NCBI GenBank assembly: GCA_950097015.1
Contig: CATNEN010000025.1
Coordinates: 4,464,001 to 4,528,000, forward strand
DNA length: 64,000 nt
Source: Macrostomum hystrix
Taxonomy: Eukaryota > Animalia > Platyhelminthes
Reading direction: 5' to 3'
Part shown: positions 62,001 to 64,000 of the stretch, one piece after another
Layout of the letters: the number at the start of each line of letters is the position of its first letter
Numbering within the stretch: position 1 is the stretch's first letter
Position numbers and translations under genes: made by a program
Notes under the pieces: model-generated
The model's input: the letters and a program-made list of their open reading frames with translations, nothing else
Told to the model about the DNA's origin: nothing
Database searches by the model: none

Positions 62001-63968
62001 GTCAGCGAAGACGTCGGCGGACCAGTCGCCGCCCATTGTGGCCGAGGGCAGCAGCCTGGACACGAACCGGATCGCAGGGCAGGTGCGCGACCTCCTCAGC
62101 TCGCACGGCATCGGGCAGCGGCTGTTCGCCAGACACGTGCTCGGCCTTTCGCAGGGCACCGTCTCAGAGCTGCTGAGCAAGCCGAAGCCATGGGAGAAGC
62201 TGACGGAGAAGGGCCGCGAGAGCTACAGGAAGATGAGCGGCTGGGCAGCCAGCTCGGACAATGTGGCCTCGCTCAAGGCGTTGAGTCCGCCAAAGAAGGC
62301 GGCGCCAACTGGTTGGTTGCCATGGAAACAGCCAAGATTAGTTTTTGAAAGTAGAAAGGCCAATCGCCATGAAAATCCTGAGCAAATTTTCCGCTCTATT
62401 GAATGAAACAACTTCCAGAATCACAAAACATCGGCATCGTCAAGATATTCAACGATTCTCGTCGGGGTGTCTGGTGGCAAAAAACACGAATATCGGCATA
62501 ATTTTCTGCTCTCCGACAAGAATCGCTGCTGAATATCTCGACGATGGCGATGTTTTGTGATTCTGGGGAATCAGGGGGAAAAATAGCGTGGTTGCATCAT
62601 CTAAACCCATTTGGGCCACACACTGCAGCTGCTGAGCTGTGTACTGCTGTTCAGTCCATGGACCGATGCACCCACACAAAATCAAGGTTGATGCATTTTT
62701 TCATTGGGCATTCCCCTGAGCACAGACTCACATGTCCTTTGTAACTAAAACTCTAATGAGTCACCATGCAACAATCATTTTCATACTCAATATTTATTGC
62801 AGTCTCCATGGCAACACCAACCACGCCAGGTTCTCCTCAATCGTCACCGCTCTCTCCTCCGCCGCCTTTGCTGCCGCAGTCGCAGATTCAGCCACAGCCA
62901 CAGCCACAGCCACAGCCACAGCCACTGACACAGCCACAGCAGCAGCAGCAGCAGCAGCAGCAAGCAACAGTTCAGACGTCGCCTTCGTCAGTAATTTTTG
63001 TCAGCGGAGGCGCCGGACAGCCAGCGGGCACTCGGGAGGCCGCTGAGACCGAGGAGAAAATCTGCCGAATCCTTCGAGAAGCCAAGGCTGCCATGGAAGG
63101 AGCCGCTGCCGCAGCCGCAGCCGCTGCTTCAACGACCTCAACGCCGACGACAACAACATCGGCACTCAGTGTGACATCAGCTTCAACGGATGACATTGGC
63201 ACAGCGACAACGACAATAATTGCCCGTCAGCAGCAGCAGCAGGTTTGCCTTGTTGCAAAGAAATCAGTGCCCCAGTCCACCTCAGCGCCAATTCAGCAGC
63301 AGCAGCATCAGCCACTGACTGAGAACCAAGCAGCCAGTTGCATCACGACAGTGAAACGGCTGATAGAGACAACATCGGACGATGCCAATATTACCAAAGG
63401 AATTGTGAGGAGAATCTACTACGAACAATTAATAAAGGCGCTTGCGCAGGTGAGAAAACTCATGTCGGCAACTAGCTACTATCAGTAGGGTAATGCGGAG
63501 AAAAACAGAATGAAAATTATATTCGAATGTTTCCAGGCCGAGAGCTCGCCTGTCCCAGTGGGCGACGCGGCTGCCGCCACAGTTGAGAAGCTTCGCTGTG
63601 AGATTCGCGAATTGGAAGCCGCCCATCCGGAGCTCAAGGAGACCAAGCGGCTGAACTCAACGGCTGCCGGTGCCACCGCTGCGCCGAAGCCTCTACTGCA
63701 TCAGCAGCCGCAGCAGCAGCAGCCCGTGATTCTTCAGCAGACAAGGCCAACAATCTCATTGATTGCTCCAAAGTCGGAGCCGCGACTTGCCACGCCGCTA
63801 GCGTCGTCTGCGTCAAGCGCATCCGGGATGTCGGTGCCAGCAGCCCGACTGACGGCCAGCCCGCCTGTCACCGAGGCCGCGAGAGTCATCGACACCGAAG
63901 ACCTAGTCCGCCGGATCAAGGAGGTGCTGGGCCAGCATTCGATCAGCCAGCGACTGTTTGGAGAGCAC
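59066..63968 (+). CDS. CUT-domain transcription factor (Cux/cut-like: N-terminal coiled coil plus at least two CUT domains); continues past the window end
   Basis: Phase-compatible exons 59066-59128, 59219-59272, 59352-59461, 59683-59795, about 61727-62311 (CUT1: LDTNRIAGQVRDLLSSHGIGQRLFARHVLGLSQGTVSELLSKPKPWEKL), 62803-63449, 63537-63968 (CUT2 start: IDTEDLVRRIKEVLGQHSISQRLFGEH). 5' start unresolved. Confidence 0.88.
59490..59630 (-). mobile_element. Degenerate SINE B copy in a CUT-gene intron
   Basis: GGCAATTCTGCCCATT...CATCTGCCCTGAC shared with other B copies. Confidence 0.6.
59940..61610. repeat. 34-bp purine-rich minisatellite (GGGAGTTAGGGGAAGAGAGAGATAAGGAGAGAGA) in a CUT-gene intron
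   Basis: Direct periodicity. Confidence 0.97.
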
Positions 63969-64000
63969 GTAAGAGCCGAGATAATTATTAGCGCTGAGAA

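Overview
Eukaryotic (metazoan) genomic DNA with spliceosomal introns. GC-rich exons full of poly-Ala/poly-Gln, short introns and a very high minisatellite load suggest a free-living flatworm such as Macrostomum (inference only). Genes reconstructed by hand from splice sites: an Islet LIM-homeobox gene (minus, runs off the left edge); two inverted paralogs of a hedgehog-acyltransferase-like (HHAT/MBOAT) gene; a RUSC-like RUN-domain gene; an intronless PKA type II regulatory subunit; a globin with canonical B12.2/G7.0 introns that is never visible as a single ORF; a small secreted DUF4787-like protein; and a multi-CUT-domain transcription factor (plus, runs off the right edge). Roughly a third of the window is tandem repeat (about 20 arrays, units of 3-59 bp). 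Also present are two tRNA-derived SINE families and three MITE-like elements. Highlights: (1) the two otherwise divergent HHAT paralogs share a near-identical ~790 bp catalytic-core tract, pointing to gene conversion and possibly an invertible 24 kb segment that would swap C-termini; (2) the RII subunit has Ala at its autophosphorylation site; (3) a 1.6 kb AG-free, branchpoint-like satellite abuts the Islet 3' splice site; (4) a minisatellite appears to derive from a SINE 5' end. All alignments were done by eye; no database searches were run.
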